The notes below the pieces were generated by a model. That model was not told where the DNA came from. It worked only from the letters and a program-made list of their open reading frames with translations, and made no database searches. The position numbers were made by a program, and so were the translations under genes. A DNA stretch of 64,000 nt from Azolla caroliniana. Lineage: Eukaryota; Plantae; Polypodiophyta. Shown piece after piece: positions 1 to 13,384 of the stretch (positions are counted from its first letter, which is position 1; the number at the start of each line of letters is the position of its first letter). Location of the stretch: contig JBHGNT010000004.1 in assembly GCA_043228905.1 (NCBI GenBank), positions 930,001 through 994,000 on the forward strand, written 5' to 3'.

Positions 1-4
1 GCAG

Positions 5-1002
5 GTAATGATAATTCCCCTGGAAGGGAAACAATGAAAATGTCAAGGCAGTGGAATTTGGCTTTCCAGATTGATCATGGTTATGAAAGATTGTCTGAAA
101 TGAGCATGGTGGAAAACAAACTCTTTGAAGAAGATGCAGAAGATATAAGGCAAGATAATAATCCCCAATTGAGTGTTCGTGACGTGGTTAATCTTTTTGA
201 AAGCAAATGGCAAAAGAAACTGAGAAATCAAGATGGAAAAATAAGAGACCTAAAATCTTCCAACAGCACACAAAGTTTGCATATGGATGAAGATTCTATT
301 GCAAGCATGAGAAAAGAGAGAAGTTCCAATGTTTGTGAAATAAGAGCTTCAAATGCAATGGAAAGAGAGGTTATTGAAATCTTGATGCCTGAGTCCATCG
401 CAAGTATTTCAATTGAACATAGTGGTTTACAGGAGTCATTGAATGTGGCACAACGAGATGAATCTCATCCAGAAGGAGCTAGCATGGATCAATTATCTAA
501 TGTTACAGTAGACGGTCTACTTCACTCTACATGCCGAAATAAATCCAACTCGAAAATGAAAACTGTTGGTGTGGAATGCAAAACGGAGGTTAAGGAAGAA
601 GAATCTAAAGGCTCTTCAATAGGCAGAGGGAAAACCACCAAGGGTGAGCACAATCCACAAACAGATGTTGGTGGGGCCACAGTGCCAAATCATTTCTCTT
701 CTATCCATCGGGGCAGTGGAACTGAAAAATATAGGGTAAATGTCCATCGGCCGTTACTAGGCAATGGAACTCTGCATCCAACAGGGCTATCTGAAGATCG
801 TGTGAAAAAGTTTTTGGATAGATACAATGAAAAGAGGGATTCAAAACTCAAAAACTGTACATATTTAAAGAATTCGAAACTTAACCAAATTGCGATTGAA
901 AGAGAAGAGAAATCAGAGAAGAACCTGAAGTCTGAGATTCCAGAAGGAAAGCAAAGAAGACATAACACACTTTCGCAAGACATAAACGAACTGCAGGATA
1001 AG
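5..1002 (+). CDS. Internal exon of a COP1-interacting protein (CIP7)-related gene; gene start probably upstream of the window
   Basis: Frame open from base 1; possible acceptor cag at 2-4; donor AG|GTACC at 1002/1003 (phase 0). Motifs LSVRDVVNLFESK and KFLDRYNEKRDSKLK resemble the LSVQDRINLFE and FYEKYMQKRDAKL motifs I recall from plant CIP7-related proteins. Confidence 0.7.
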
Positions 1003-1621
1003 GTACCATCCTGTTACTTAATGCAATTATGAGATGTTCATCCATGCATGATTGTGCATATCTGAATTAAATGTTTACCTTCTACCGTTTTCTATGATGA
1101 AATGGAAAAGCAATCATTTATATAATTGTATGATAAGTGATGAAAGACTTGAAGATGCACGTGAAATAATGAGTAGGTTTTTGAAACAAGCACACTTGAA
1201 TTTTGTTGCAAAAGTGTATCATGCTTCAGTATTCCATGGAATTTTTATGTGTTTTAAATCATTCTTTTCCACTATGCATGAGAGGTAAAACTAAGTATTA
1301 AAACATATTCTCACTAATAATAGAATGCATGTCCCGCTTTTTCAAAGTTCAAATCAATCAGAGATATATATTTCACTATGTGCTCCCTGCAAGCTAATTT
1401 TAGATTTTATGCATCTTTCGCTTTATAAAATGGGTGGTATATCAGCATTAATTGTTTTGAACCAGGCATGGCTTTATACACACTCGAGAACAATTCCAAT
1501 TGTAACTTTTATGTGTATCCTTATGTTTTTCTCCATTTTCCTTTGAACTTTCCTTTGAGGTATTTTCATTCAGTCTTATCTTTTTTCATTCTTTGCTTTA
1601 TGTGTTTATCTTTGTATAAAG

Positions 1622-3224
1622 GAGAATTTTAGGTATTCACACCCAGCCAATCAACTGTGTGGAAGCATGAAGAACAGAAATTCTGCAACAGTGTGTAGCA
1701 TATCTTCTTCAAATGGCGGACATGTATATCAAAGAAAAACCAATAAACTGTCACCAAAGTTGCAGAAAAGCACAGACTGCATTAGCAAACCATGTCTTAC
1801 ACAGAAGCAAGGTGTAAAAGGCATACAACCCTCTGACACTTCTACATCCAGAAATCAAAGCAATCAATCGAGTAGCTGTGCACACTCCTTGAATGACACA
1901 AAAAAGAAAAGGAATCCAAATCCATTTTGTGGAAACAGTGGATCTCAACTACATCCTTATACTGATGAAATTTGTGAAATTCAAGAACCATTATGCAATC
2001 GGCCGAAGTCAAGTAGTACTGAAGCAAGGAAAAATTGTGAGGGAAATGGAAACATCGCTAGAGACTTAGGTTGCGCCCCCAATGGAATTTCTCTTTATCA
2101 AGGTGGCCTGAAAAACAAAGACAGTAAAGGATCAGCAATGCACAATTGTAACACTATTGCAGAGGTTAGACAGGACCCCAAAATGTTTTTAAAGAAAGGT
2201 GCAGGTGCTCGAACTCGAGTTGGGGCAACTTTATTGAAATCAAATGCAGTACATATACGTGATAATGTGCTTCGGCCGAATAAAAAAGATGCCGATCAAA
2301 TTCAGGAATCAAAGGCCAAGCTGAGCCCATGCTCAAGAGAAGATGGTGATGGTAGTGTTAGATCTATCATAGTTGGTCCCACTCTTTGTGATGGTGATAT
2401 TGATGTCAGGGGTTCACCTAGTACTCAAGAAAATATTAAAGAAGAATCAGAGAAGTCAACTGATCTCCCATCCAACTTTTCTCCCCAATGTGATCTTCGA
2501 AATGATAATTTGGCTGAAGAATGCCAAATCATATCTGATGTCCATCCACAGATGCCAGGGCCAAACAATGATACTGAAGTGTTTAGACTAAATTCAATCC
2601 AGCCAAATGTGTCTGTGGATAAAGGCATAGATGGGGCATTATCTCTTGATTCATCTGAAAATAAAGTGGCAAATGATCATGCAAACACATCTGTTGCACC
2701 CTGTAAGGTAGTTGATACATTGCTTGAGAATGCTCACAATTCCCTTTTAACTCCTGTTCATCTCCACGGTAAAGAACAGTTATCAACTTTGAGCCCAACA
2801 TGGAGTCGGCAACCAAATCCCGCAATTGGCTCAGAGGTATCTGATGTTTCTGGGAATGATTCTCATCGATTAGGAATAAAATGGGCGCCATCAAGACACT
2901 TATCATCGATTGATTCCAACACTCCGACAAGTAATCATGGCCGAGAACTCAAGTGGTATCTCAAGTTAGGGCGCCGAACCATCAATCCCCATGGGCATGA
3001 TCAAAGTTGTAGCTCTGTTTTCTCGGAGGGGGATGATGATAACAACTTTCCTGGTGAACCTGGAGCACACATGGTAGATTGTTATGGGAGGAGGAGGCAC
3101 CAAAGTGGGAAAGCGCTGCATCTCAAAACACATTGTAATAACGAGATGCGGAATGTTATACAATCATCAATAGTTACTGATAGATCCAAGGGAGAAGGAG
3201 ATGGCTTGAGAAATCTACATCCAA
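1622..3224 (+). CDS. Large exon of the CIP7-related gene
   Basis: Pyrimidine tract and AG at 1620-1621, in frame with ORF 1667-3283 and phase-compatible with the previous exon; donor A|GTAAGT at 3224/3225. Motifs PKMFLKKGAG, KWYLKLGRR and SVFSEGDDD resemble family motifs PFLRKG, RLLKFGRK and SEGDDD. Confidence 0.72.
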
Positions 3225-3325
3225 GTAAGTTCAATATTTTAAAGTCTTTTTATCATGCGAATGTTTGTTCAAGTCACGATTGAAAAAATCATAATGTTTT
3301 TCAAACGTGGATTGGGCATTTGCAG

Positions 3326-3432
3326 TCATGACCTTGGAGAGGTCAGTTTCAACACACGAAATACCTGAAAAGTCTCCACACCCGACACACGCAAAGACAT
3401 CAGCTGTCAAAGGTTTAAATACAAATTTATAA
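3326..3432 (+). CDS. Probable terminal coding exon of the CIP7-related gene
   Basis: Acceptor TTGCAG ending at 3325; the phase-1 join gives an open frame (IMTLERSVSTHEIPEKSPHPTHAKTSAVKGLNTNL) to TAA at 3430-3432. Confidence 0.55.
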
Positions 3433-5499
3433 AGACAGAATCTTCTACGGAGTTCTTTTTATACTAGTTCTTTTCTTCTTCTTTTCTCAAGTTTCAGATC
3501 TTATACGGAAATCTAATAAAATTGTAAATTGGCTTTTATTTTGCTTGTTTTAATCAGCAGCAACTCGTTCCTTCTTTTCCATTTCTGTACCGTTCCGAAG
3601 AAAAACTGCACAAGGGAAATGATGAATGATGCCTTATATTCAAGGAAACATAGCATCGTTTCAGACGTATACTGTCCTTTCAGCCTAGCAGCATAATCGC
3701 CGTTGTCCTCATCGTCATCATCCTTGAGATAGCGCAACATTGATATCCCATGATTTTCTCAAAATGGGTTAATGAGGAAGTGATTGTTTGGATTGAAAAT
3801 TGCTGGCCTTGTAATTGTTTCAGTCTGCCGAACAGGACAACAGACTCCATCTCTGCTTAACAAAGGAATGACTTCCCTTACTCAATTGAATGTACATTTA
3901 CATTTACTGCTGCAAATGTACATTCTCAATATCTGAAGTATGATAAACACCAATGCCAAATCAAATATTAAGGGGTATGTTCAAAATGAAATATAGTGGA
4001 GAAATGGGGTATTTTAGTGTCTCCCAATATTAATGATATAACCGAACTTGTTTCAATTAGCCCAGTCTTCAAAACCCACTCTTTTTTCAAGAACATGTGT
4101 ATAAAATATCCTAAGCTTAAAAATATTTGGCCCTTACCATAATGTGCTGTTGTTTAGATTAAAATTTCAGTTCTGTTAGTATAGAAACATGACTTGATTT
4201 ATACTAATGTGATATTTTGTTGTGCAATCTCCCTTGCGTTTATGAATGCTGAAACAATGTATTACAGTTAATGACATTTAAACATCATAAAGTATCTTAA
4301 TGTATTTGGTATGGTTTAGAAATATGAATTAACCATTCAATTACGTGTGAAAATTAAAGAATATTAATTAATGACCATGTAACACTTATGCTTAGACTGA
4401 TTCATAACCATGCACACATTGTTTCATGAAAACGTCACATATCATATTGTGATAAAGATATGACGTGAAGCATTTTAAAATACCCTTCGCTTATTTAAAT
4501 AAGTGAAATATTTTAGAACAACCATTTAAATATATATTTCACCAACTACTACTCTACGTATTTAAAAACATTTAATTTATTTAACAACTATTTGACGTTT
4601 CCAAATATGTAAGTAAAAACGGTAAAAAATTAATTTTCCCTTTACAAAAACTTAAAAATTTAAGAAGTATTTAATGTATTTTAAACTTATTTAACATATT
4701 TTATTTATCTAATACCTATTCTAATATGTAAAAAATGGTAGAATACTTCGGATATGTATTCTATATGTATTGTATGCTAAGTATTCTACAACTATGTGCA
4801 TACCATACTTCATAGAGAGAGTTTGAACCAATCTCTTCATTGAGGGGGTTTCTTCATTCATAGTCTAGTAGTGTGTGGCAACCTCTTTGTCGGAGATATG
4901 AGCATATTCATTGTGCATTGTTACCTTGCCTTTGCTATAAGGAGTAAAGAATCAATGGTTCAATAGGTTGAGGGAGCTGGCCGTTGACATTCGAGTCTTG
5001 TACTCGAGTTCATAAGCTTGATTACTTGTATATATGTACTTAGCCAAAGAACTCTCATGCTCATGCTAACGAAGCTTTGTGTCACCTTGGATATTCGCAT
5101 GTGGATCAAGTAGCTACGTTACTCTCCAATCTGCTTCAACACATTGTCATTGGCTCATTAAGCCCACTTGCCATATGGGTGGTTAGGTTAATAGAGAGGT
5201 GTTCAACCCTTGCATTCCATAGTGGCATGCATATATATGGAATAATGGAGAGATGAGAGAGCATAGATGCACCTAGCTTAGTTGGTAAGGTTGTTTGACA
5301 GAGACTAGAAGGTTATATGTATAACCACTACATTCCATAATGGCTTTTGGTAAATTAAGAGAATGTTTATGGAGTAATAGATATGTTTATGGGGCTGACG
5401 TATAAGGTCACGAGGAAAGGAGGAAACTTGACTTAATTTGTTGTTGTATCTATAGGAATTTGGTGGTAATTTGGCGAGATGGTTGATGTGGAAAGAGGA

Positions 5500-5747
5500 A
5501 GCACAAATGTGAAATGTGGTTCTCTTGAAAAAGCACATAACGTATTTGATCGCCTTCAAATCCGAGATGTAAATGCATAGAATACATTGTTATCTACCTT
5601 GAAAGCTTGTGGTAGCATTCGGGTTTTTGGATAAAGATTATGTTGAACAAGAGCAAGTTGAAGAAGTATTGAAATGGTTCATAACTATGACTTGTGAGGA
5701 TTTGTTTCCGAATATAAGCTACTTTTGTTGTTGTCTATGGATATGGA
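5500..5747 (+). pseudogene. Degenerate PLS-class PPR gene fragment running into the assembly gap
   Basis: Translated pieces KCGSLEKAHNVFDRLQIRDVNA*NTL, STLKACGSIR and DYVEQEQVEEVLKWF are PPR S/P/L motif remnants with stops and frameshifts. Confidence 0.65.
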
Positions 5748-5847
5748 NNNNNNNNNNNNNNNNNNNNNNNNNNNNNNNNNNNNNNNNNNNNNNNNNNNNN
5801 NNNNNNNNNNNNNNNNNNNNNNNNNNNNNNNNNNNNNNNNNNNNNNN
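5748..5847. other. Assembly gap (100 N)
   Basis: Run of exactly 100 N, typical of a scaffolding placeholder of unknown true size. Confidence 0.98.
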
Positions 5848-5881
5848 AGCACAAAACCATCGAAGAAAAGGCTAATATAAT

Positions 5882-7129
5882 TTACCAAACCAGATTAGCA
5901 TCATGTTCAGACATGAAGGCATTACCAAGGCAACCCCCGAGGAGGTTATAGCGATAGGGCAAGTTGGTTTTGCGCTTGAGATGGGCGGCATGGGCACGTT
6001 GTTGGGTGTAATGGAGGGCGTGTGGGGACATGGGGACCTTGGAAGATTTGGGCGTCCGAGGGGATGGGGATGCAGAAGTGGGCGAAGGGAGCATCTTATA
6101 GGGTCCAGGGGCGGGGACCTCGATGGGGGATACGGGCGCCTTAGGTTTGGACACGAGGACCTGGTGTTGGGCTATGCTATTGGGCAAGAAGGGTTTCGGG
6201 GTCCTCGGGGAAGTGGGGCAGGGCGAGCGCGGGGTGCCGGGTGCGGTCTTGCTCTCGCCCAGGCATCTCTTGGGGGGCCTCGAGTGGGCGGGCGAGCCGG
6301 CCTCGTATTTCGAGCTGGGCACGGTTCTACGGAGGAAGTCTTTGAAGGCCCATAGCTTGCCGGAGGCCGGGCTACTAGCCGAGGCGGACGGTTTCTTTGT
6401 GTGGAAGTGCCGGCTCGATTCGTGGTGGTGGAGGTTCGAGAACGAGGATCGGCGTGCCACCGAACCCGAACCAGAACCAGAAGCCGCCCGATTCGGCCGC
6501 CCGTCTTTATCCACCGCTATTATGTCCATGGATCTCCGCCCTTCTTGCAGCCCCAATAATGAAGCAGAAGAAGAAGAAGAAGAAGAGATTAAGAAGGCCT
6601 CCTTCTGATCCATGGCTACATCATGAACAGGGCCCGAATAGAAGACGAATCCATCGCCCTCCTCCCCCTCTTCCCTGCTGTTACTGCTGCTGCGCATATC
6701 TTCTTCCAATAGCTGCCTCACACTGGAATTCACCAGCTCCGATGACGACGACGAAGATGCAGAAGATGCAGAAGATGCAGAATTAGGGTTTCTCGAATCC
6801 CAACCGAAACTCAAGTTTCGGGACAACGACTTGAAATTGTGGTTTCTGGAACCTGCCCTGAAGCTAGGGTTTCGTAATTCGGAGCCGAAACTAGGGTTCC
6901 TGGGCTCTGGCACGATAGTAGGGTTTTGTGGGGCAGGGGAAGTGGGAGTGCTTCGCCAGGGAGAAACAGGGCAGATGAGCCTAGGCGAGACAGGGGCCTC
7001 ATCATGGTCCGCCTCTCTGAAGTTCAGGAAGTCGAAATCAAACTCAAATTCAGAGGATTGAGGGGCGCCATTGAAGGCCGAAGCAGGAGGAGTCGTCGTG
7101 TTTTCATCACCCATCACCATCACCATCAT
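5882..7129 (-). CDS. Intronless DUF1645-family plant protein, Ser/Pro-rich
   Basis: GC-rich ORF of ~415 aa (first ATG at 7129; the track start at 7138 is TTG). N-terminal EFEFDF and C-terminal SPHALHYTQQRA..LKRKTNLPYRYNLLGGCLG match the DUF1645 pattern SAHELHYTANRA..KKKTFLPYRQGLLGCL. Confidence 0.8.
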   Translation of the reverse strand: MMVMVMGDENTTTPPASAFNGAPQSSEFEFDFDFLNFREADHDEAPVSPRLICPVSPWRSTPTSPAPQNPTIVPEPRNPSFGSELRNPSFRAGSRNHNFKSLSRNLSFGWDSRNPNSASSASSASSSSSSELVNSSVRQLLEEDMRSSSNSREEGEEGDGFVFYSGPVHDVAMDQKEAFLISSSSSSSASLLGLQEGRRSMDIIAVDKDGRPNRAASGSGSGSVARRSSFSNLHHHESSRHFHTKKPSASASSPASGKLWAFKDFLRRTVPSSKYEAGSPAHSRPPKRCLGESKTAPGTPRSPCPTSPRTPKPFLPNSIAQHQVLVSKPKAPVSPIEVPAPGPYKMLPSPTSASPSPRTPKSSKVPMSPHALHYTQQRAHAAHLKRKTNLPYRYNLLGGCLGNAFMSEHDANLVW

Positions 7130-7593
7130 CCTGCACAAAAATCTCTGAGAAACTAGAGAAGCAATGAAGAAGAAGAAGAAGGAATTTAATGGGAAAGCGA
7201 GGTAAATCCAAGTATTAAGCTTCCAAAAGAAGAGGTAATAATTAGGGTGTGATTAAGAAGGAGACTAGGTGATTAGAAGGGGTGATTAGCCACCTGGGGG
7301 GTGTGATTAAGGGGATAACTAGCTATCTTGGAGAAGGATTGAGGGGGCAAATAGCTATTTATCTTAGAGAGGGAGAGGGATTAAGGGGGGGGATAAATAG
7401 GTATGTTATAGATAAATGTGTTGGGATGAGGTTAGTGGTGTGAGAGAGAAATTGGGGTCTCTCTAATAAGAGTTTGAATGAGCCAAATGTAACTCTACAT
7501 ATATATATATATATACACACATATGTAGAAGCAAGGAAGCCACCTTGTGTGTGTGGTGTTGTTTGACTTTAGCTCCAAGGGAAAAGTGTTCTC

Positions 7594-7595
<2 letters not shown>

Positions 7596-7624
<29 letters not shown>

Positions 7625-7705
7625 TGTATGTATGTATGTATTATATGTGTATATGTATATCATATATGTATGTTTATGTATATCATATATGTATATGTAT
7701 ATGCA
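7596..7705. repeat. (TATG)n microsatellite with degenerate TA-rich extension
   Basis: Directly visible tandem tatg units. Confidence 0.9.
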
Positions 7706-7896
7706 TATACATTGAAAACCCTTTACCGAGTATCCCCCACTTCATTGCTTATGTAAGTCTGAAATGGACGCAAACGAAAGCGATGAAAAGAAGACCACAG
7801 AAGAAGGTTATACTCGTTTATGCTACTGTCGTTGTCTCCTTCTGTAGGGCCCATTCCGCTTGATGGATCTCTTCTACAACTTCGAGAAACGTGTTC

Positions 7897-7927
<31 letters not shown>

Positions 7928-9354
7928 TTCTTGCATGAATTTTTCTTTTTCTTTTTTCTGAACTCCGTGGGGTTCGCGCAACTTACCTTACGAACATCGA
8001 CTAGTCACTCACTCGCGATATAAAGTTTGGAACACACCTCACTCGACAGTTTGAAACCTTGATGTGACTTGGTGTCATATAACTTGATCCTTTGGTGATA
8101 AGCGATTATATTATTTGACTTCTCGTGAAAGGTTACATCTACCATATCCATATGAAATGTTTTTTTTTACCCCCCATTACTTGACCATCACTTAAGAATG
8201 TCACCATACCTTATGGTCCATTGTGTATTGTACACAGTAAAATGTCAGCACAAAGTAGTATTTTATTCGTTGAATTCATGTAAACCTAATGTATTGTGGG
8301 TATGATTTTAGAATAATGATGGAAGGTCACATGGAATTCATTTTACATGAAAAGTAAGATTTTTGTTGTATTGAACACATAAGAACCAAAACGTTGCAAT
8401 TTCAATACAGTATATGGCACACAATTTAGGGAGACGATTATTTTTTAACAAATGTATGTATTGTGTGAAGATTTGAATATATGATAATCAAGGCTAGGAG
8501 CTCGTTGGATTGAAAGTTACCACGAAAGAGATATAATATATCTAGAAGCAAATTGCAAGCGTGTTTGACTAAAGAATTGTAACCTTTTGTTTATTGCAAT
8601 AAACTTGAAAGCCAAGAAAAAGTCTCGTGTGCTTTACTTCTCGATATTATTTTCTTTTTTGTCATTTTAAATCAAAATCTTAAGTAGTACGAGAGGCATG
8701 TCAGAATCATGTTCAACAATGACATCTTTAATAGACACTTAATATTGAAAGACCTCGGACAACAAGAATTGAAGAATAATGTTGTGAATTAATCAAAGAT
8801 CGGGAGACTAATTAGGTCATTATAAATTTTGAGTTGACAAAATTGTGGGGAACATGAAAACCATATTATATGTATTTTAGGAAAAAGAGTATAGCTACAA
8901 CCTACAACAAGAAGCAAGATTTCATGTTTTATAAACATACAAATGCCCAATGCTTAGCATAAAATTGGAATATATTTTGTTGAAGTGATCTAGTCTATGT
9001 TCTTCATCATTCAGTAGCCTATACCGTTATCATGATGTTTGAAGTGCAACTCAATATTGTGCAACACGAATAGAAACTCGATCATAAGTTCTATTGTGTA
9101 ATGTCTGCTTTCCTCCTAATGTTATTTTAGCAGCGTGTTTAGTTTAGTGTATATTCTAAAATTGAGTTTATTTCGTCTCCTCTAACATTGTTTTAGTTGG
9201 ACTATATAATATATAACTCTCACATTCGGGTTTTCTTTACCCTACTAATAAGGGAAATTTGTCTCAAAACATGTTTAGACATGAAGTTCCTTTTTAATGC
9301 ATGATGTAGGAGAGCGCAGGGGAGAGAGGATGTGCACAATCATTTTTTATTGCA

Positions 9355-9357
<3 letters not shown>

Positions 9358-9417
<60 letters not shown>
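9358..9417. repeat. (GA)n microsatellite
   Basis: About 30 perfect GA units. Confidence 0.95.
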
Positions 9418-9421
<4 letters not shown>

Positions 9422-12285
9422 TCATGTCACAAAGCTGTGTTGTTGTCGACAAAGCCGTCTAATGTCTACATTGCTATTGCATGAGATATTTATTATACAA
9501 GATTATGCTCAATGATTAGCTTGCTTTTCAATATCAAATGAAATATTTTGCTAAGCATCCATAATTATTTATATTGCATTTGCCAAGTCCTTGTATATGT
9601 TTTAGTTCATCCATATCCGAATAATAATATAGGAGGTGTAAGTTCTAATTGTTAGTTTTTTACCCTTCAAATAATGAATATTAACATCGGTTCTCGACCA
9701 AAAGAACATGGTGCACATTTTTAATGCCATGAGAAAGACGACATATAAACATATGGATGCCTAGCTGCCAATTTGGTGTCGAACAAGCAAGCCAAATCGA
9801 TTAATTTGTGGGATGGTGCCCAATTCCTACCTTCAATTCAATATTGAATGTCATTTGTTTGCTAAAGTAGTGGCGGTTTTTCATACTTTAGCATACACGC
9901 GTGGTTTAATATTGAATGTCATTCTTTGCTATAACATGGTCAATTCTGCATATTTTATTAACACACTTGTACAAATGGTGTAATTTGCAGCTCTAATATA
10001 TTTCAACAAGCAAATCTCGTATCAGTTCTAATGTTTATTTATTCATCTTAACAATGAAGTATCTTTTTTTGCAGATAACGTTTCGACCAAGCCGACATAA
10101 TGTTCATTTTTGATACATTTGGTCGATGCCTAGCTAGAGAAACCAATTAATATAGAGGGAGGCTTTTATTATTTTTTAACTTGTCTTCAAAATGATAGTT
10201 TTTTCTGGAAAACTTTATTAGTTCTTCATATACTACCTAAAAACGATCCCTAACCACAAGCTTCTAGTTTCATATGGAATGACATCCTTTGCCACAACAT
10301 TGGTGTGTTATCTTTTGCCACTACATATGCTCTACCCACCCACTCCATCGGCTTCACATACACGTATTCACTTGTCAAAAGGCCTTCAAAGCCTCGTATG
10401 AGGTCCGGTCCACCTTCAGTTTTATTGTGTGCTTTTGTAGAATGTTTTAGCTGGAAATTCTTGTATTTTAAGTTCCAATGTTTACTTTTTCTTTTTAACC
10501 ATGTTATGTTTATTTTCTATAGAGCCTACATAATCTTCATTTCTACATAAATTTGGCTCATGGAATCTTTATTGACCTTAGGTGTTCATGATATCCAGCA
10601 AGTGCTAAAACAAAAACATAGTCATATACACACAAACAAGTAAACTATGTGGACAACATAACATAAAGGAAAAATGCCATCACTGTTAAGTGTACATACT
10701 AGCTTTGCAAGAACTTAGAATTACTTATGTGGACTAGTCCTCGACTTGTTCAACATTATACATTTTTTAACCTACACAATTGTGATGTAATACTTAAGTC
10801 CTTACTAATACAATAACATTTAACAAAGACCAAAGTGTTCCGTTTCGTGCAAGTTTTAGAAATATATGTATATTCAATAGCTTCACATGCACGTGTAGGA
10901 AATGCAATTGCAATTCAATCTAATATTGTTTGTGATAATAAAAAAATTGTGGAATGGAGTATGACAAATCTGAAAAAATGTTATGGCACAACAATGTTCA
11001 CATTTAATTCACGAGACAAGAAAACCTATCACATATAGCATACAATTGGAAATCGAATTAAAGGATGCAGTTGAACATGGGAATATTTGAACTCACAAGA
11101 GATCTAATATCACATGCACCACAAAAGTTGAGCCAAAAGAGTTAAAAGAACTTATCTTGGATCTCTATAATGGATTTCAAGTAACGTGTTTCTTTACCTA
11201 CACAATAAATGCACTATATATTTCCAAACATACCTAGGACTACAGGTCGGTTGTGAAATTGTTGTGGTATAGCTTGTTTGATATAAATATATGCAAACTA
11301 CAATAGTATTGTTCTTGCAAATTATTTGATTGCTGACAGAATTGACATTTCTGTTTGTTATAAAAAGCAACCTTACATTCAATTCTATCTCGTCATGGCT
11401 TGTGTGTAGTGTTTTTTTGTACATGTTCATATGCACGTGAAAGACTATAAATTGATAGATCAACAATCTAAACTTTGATAGATTTACTCCATTCAATGTG
11501 TTTATCTGCACGTTTCCTTATTAATAAATATGTTTTGATTGGAATGTACAACTACAAAGTGGGGAACTGTTGATCTTGTGTAAAATTGATAACATTGTTT
11601 CCCTCCGTGCAGCGAAAGAGTTTGTGCATGCGATTGTGTGTGATTGAGATGTACTTGTATGTGTGTCAACAAGACATTACGTGCTAACTCACAAAGAGAA
11701 TCATGCAATGCAAGTTAGACATCAATTTTTAGTTTAGTTCCATGCATTACTTGTATTTTCCACATTACAAAAAGTGAACAGGACAAGGGCAATATAAAGA
11801 CAAATTTAACTAGTATTGCTTGACGAGGAGAAATCATTGATAATGTCATGTTGGAGGGAGGCTTTATCTTTTGTCGAAATTTACAAAATAAAGTTGCCAT
11901 TTTGGCATATGCCTCTATCTTGTACATAATGCGCCCAATTTCCTACTTGCATCCATATATACAAAGTAGATATATCCAAAGCAACTTGTCTAAGGACATG
12001 TTTAAGTTCTCTTTACAACAAAATTTGCTTGTTGAAGAACTCCCTCTTTCTCTCTCTCTAAAAGTAGTGTATAAATTAAAATCACATGACAATAAAACAA
12101 ACCCTCCGTGTCTTTACTACAATAATATGGATCTTATAGCAAGTTGAACCCTTTTATAGTGTTGTAAGACAAGCTAAACCAAATGAATTTAACTTTCGGC
12201 CTACATACATGTTGTGATGCCTCGTGGACTATGGATACCATCAAATAAGAATATGTTCTTATGATAATATTATATTATAGACCCC

Positions 12286-12286
12286 A

Positions 12287-12379
<93 letters not shown>

Positions 12380-12394
12380 CACACACGCACGCAC
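12286..12394. repeat. Compound (TC)n(AC)n microsatellite
   Basis: Directly visible. Confidence 0.95.
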
Positions 12395-13384
12395 CATTTT
12401 TGTTACGTAGTATATTACACATAAGAAACTTCAATACAAGGTGAAACGGAAAATGAATGCATACAACAATTGATTAGAACCCCTGTGCTCAATAAACTAA
12501 ACCATTAAAATGAAAAAAATGTAGATGCTCTAAAATAAGATGAAAAATATAGCAAGCATACAATGACAAGTATGGTAATATCTAAAAGGTGCAATATTTT
12601 TCAATTAGGTTTACTAGGATGGGCATGGTTGCAAAAGAACCACACTCCATAGTGGCTAGATATGATCCAATTGGAAAAGTTGCACATGACATCAAAGACA
12701 AGTACCAAAATGAACTCTTTTTCGCAAACATAAGGCTGATAATTTGTACTTCTAAAAAATGTTTTCATTATAATAGAAAATCACCGGTAGGAAGTTCACA
12801 ACAAATGTAGCATGCTTTCATTAGGGTGTCACATAAGTTGTAAGTTGCAAAAGTGATTTTCCAATCTCAAAGCACAACCCCCACATGTAATATTCAAAGC
12901 AAACACCTCCATATGGAGACAATGTTCCTTCAATGGCAACAAACTCTTTCAAATACATTTTAATCATGATCTCCATAAAGACCGATGGTTTGTGCACGTT
13001 CCACGTTACGTTGCAAGGTCCATATGTCCACAATTCTAGATATTGGCTAACATATAATAGATGACATTGAAAAGCGGTGCTATTGAAATAGATACTTGAA
13101 GAGTGATCTTGTTCAGGGGTGGCAAAAAGATATCAAATTAATTTTTTTTCCATTCCAAAAAAACCACTACTTCGCATTAGTTAGCAAATAGAATACAACA
13201 AAGTTTATCCAAATCCACAATGGGATCAACATATACAACTTGGAGAAACAACTCCAAAACTATCAACCAAAAACAACAAAAAAAACTCAACCGATCCTTA
13301 ACTCAAGCAAAATTGAATTAAACCCTATTGTACCCCGACTCTACGACTCCCTGATGCACGTTTGTGTAAGCTATACATACATAA

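Noticed and set aside
5903-7156. Several plus-strand ORFs overlapping the DUF1645 gene
   Set aside because: Antisense shadows of a GC-rich coding sequence, with no motifs.
7547-9515. Short ORFs such as MYVCMYV.., FFFFF and ERERER
   Set aside because: Translations of microsatellites.
10550-13120. Possible very old gypsy protease relic (GEIIDNVMLEGG near 11830) and hAT-like relic flanking the LINE
   Set aside because: Motif resemblance is too weak to support without a profile search.
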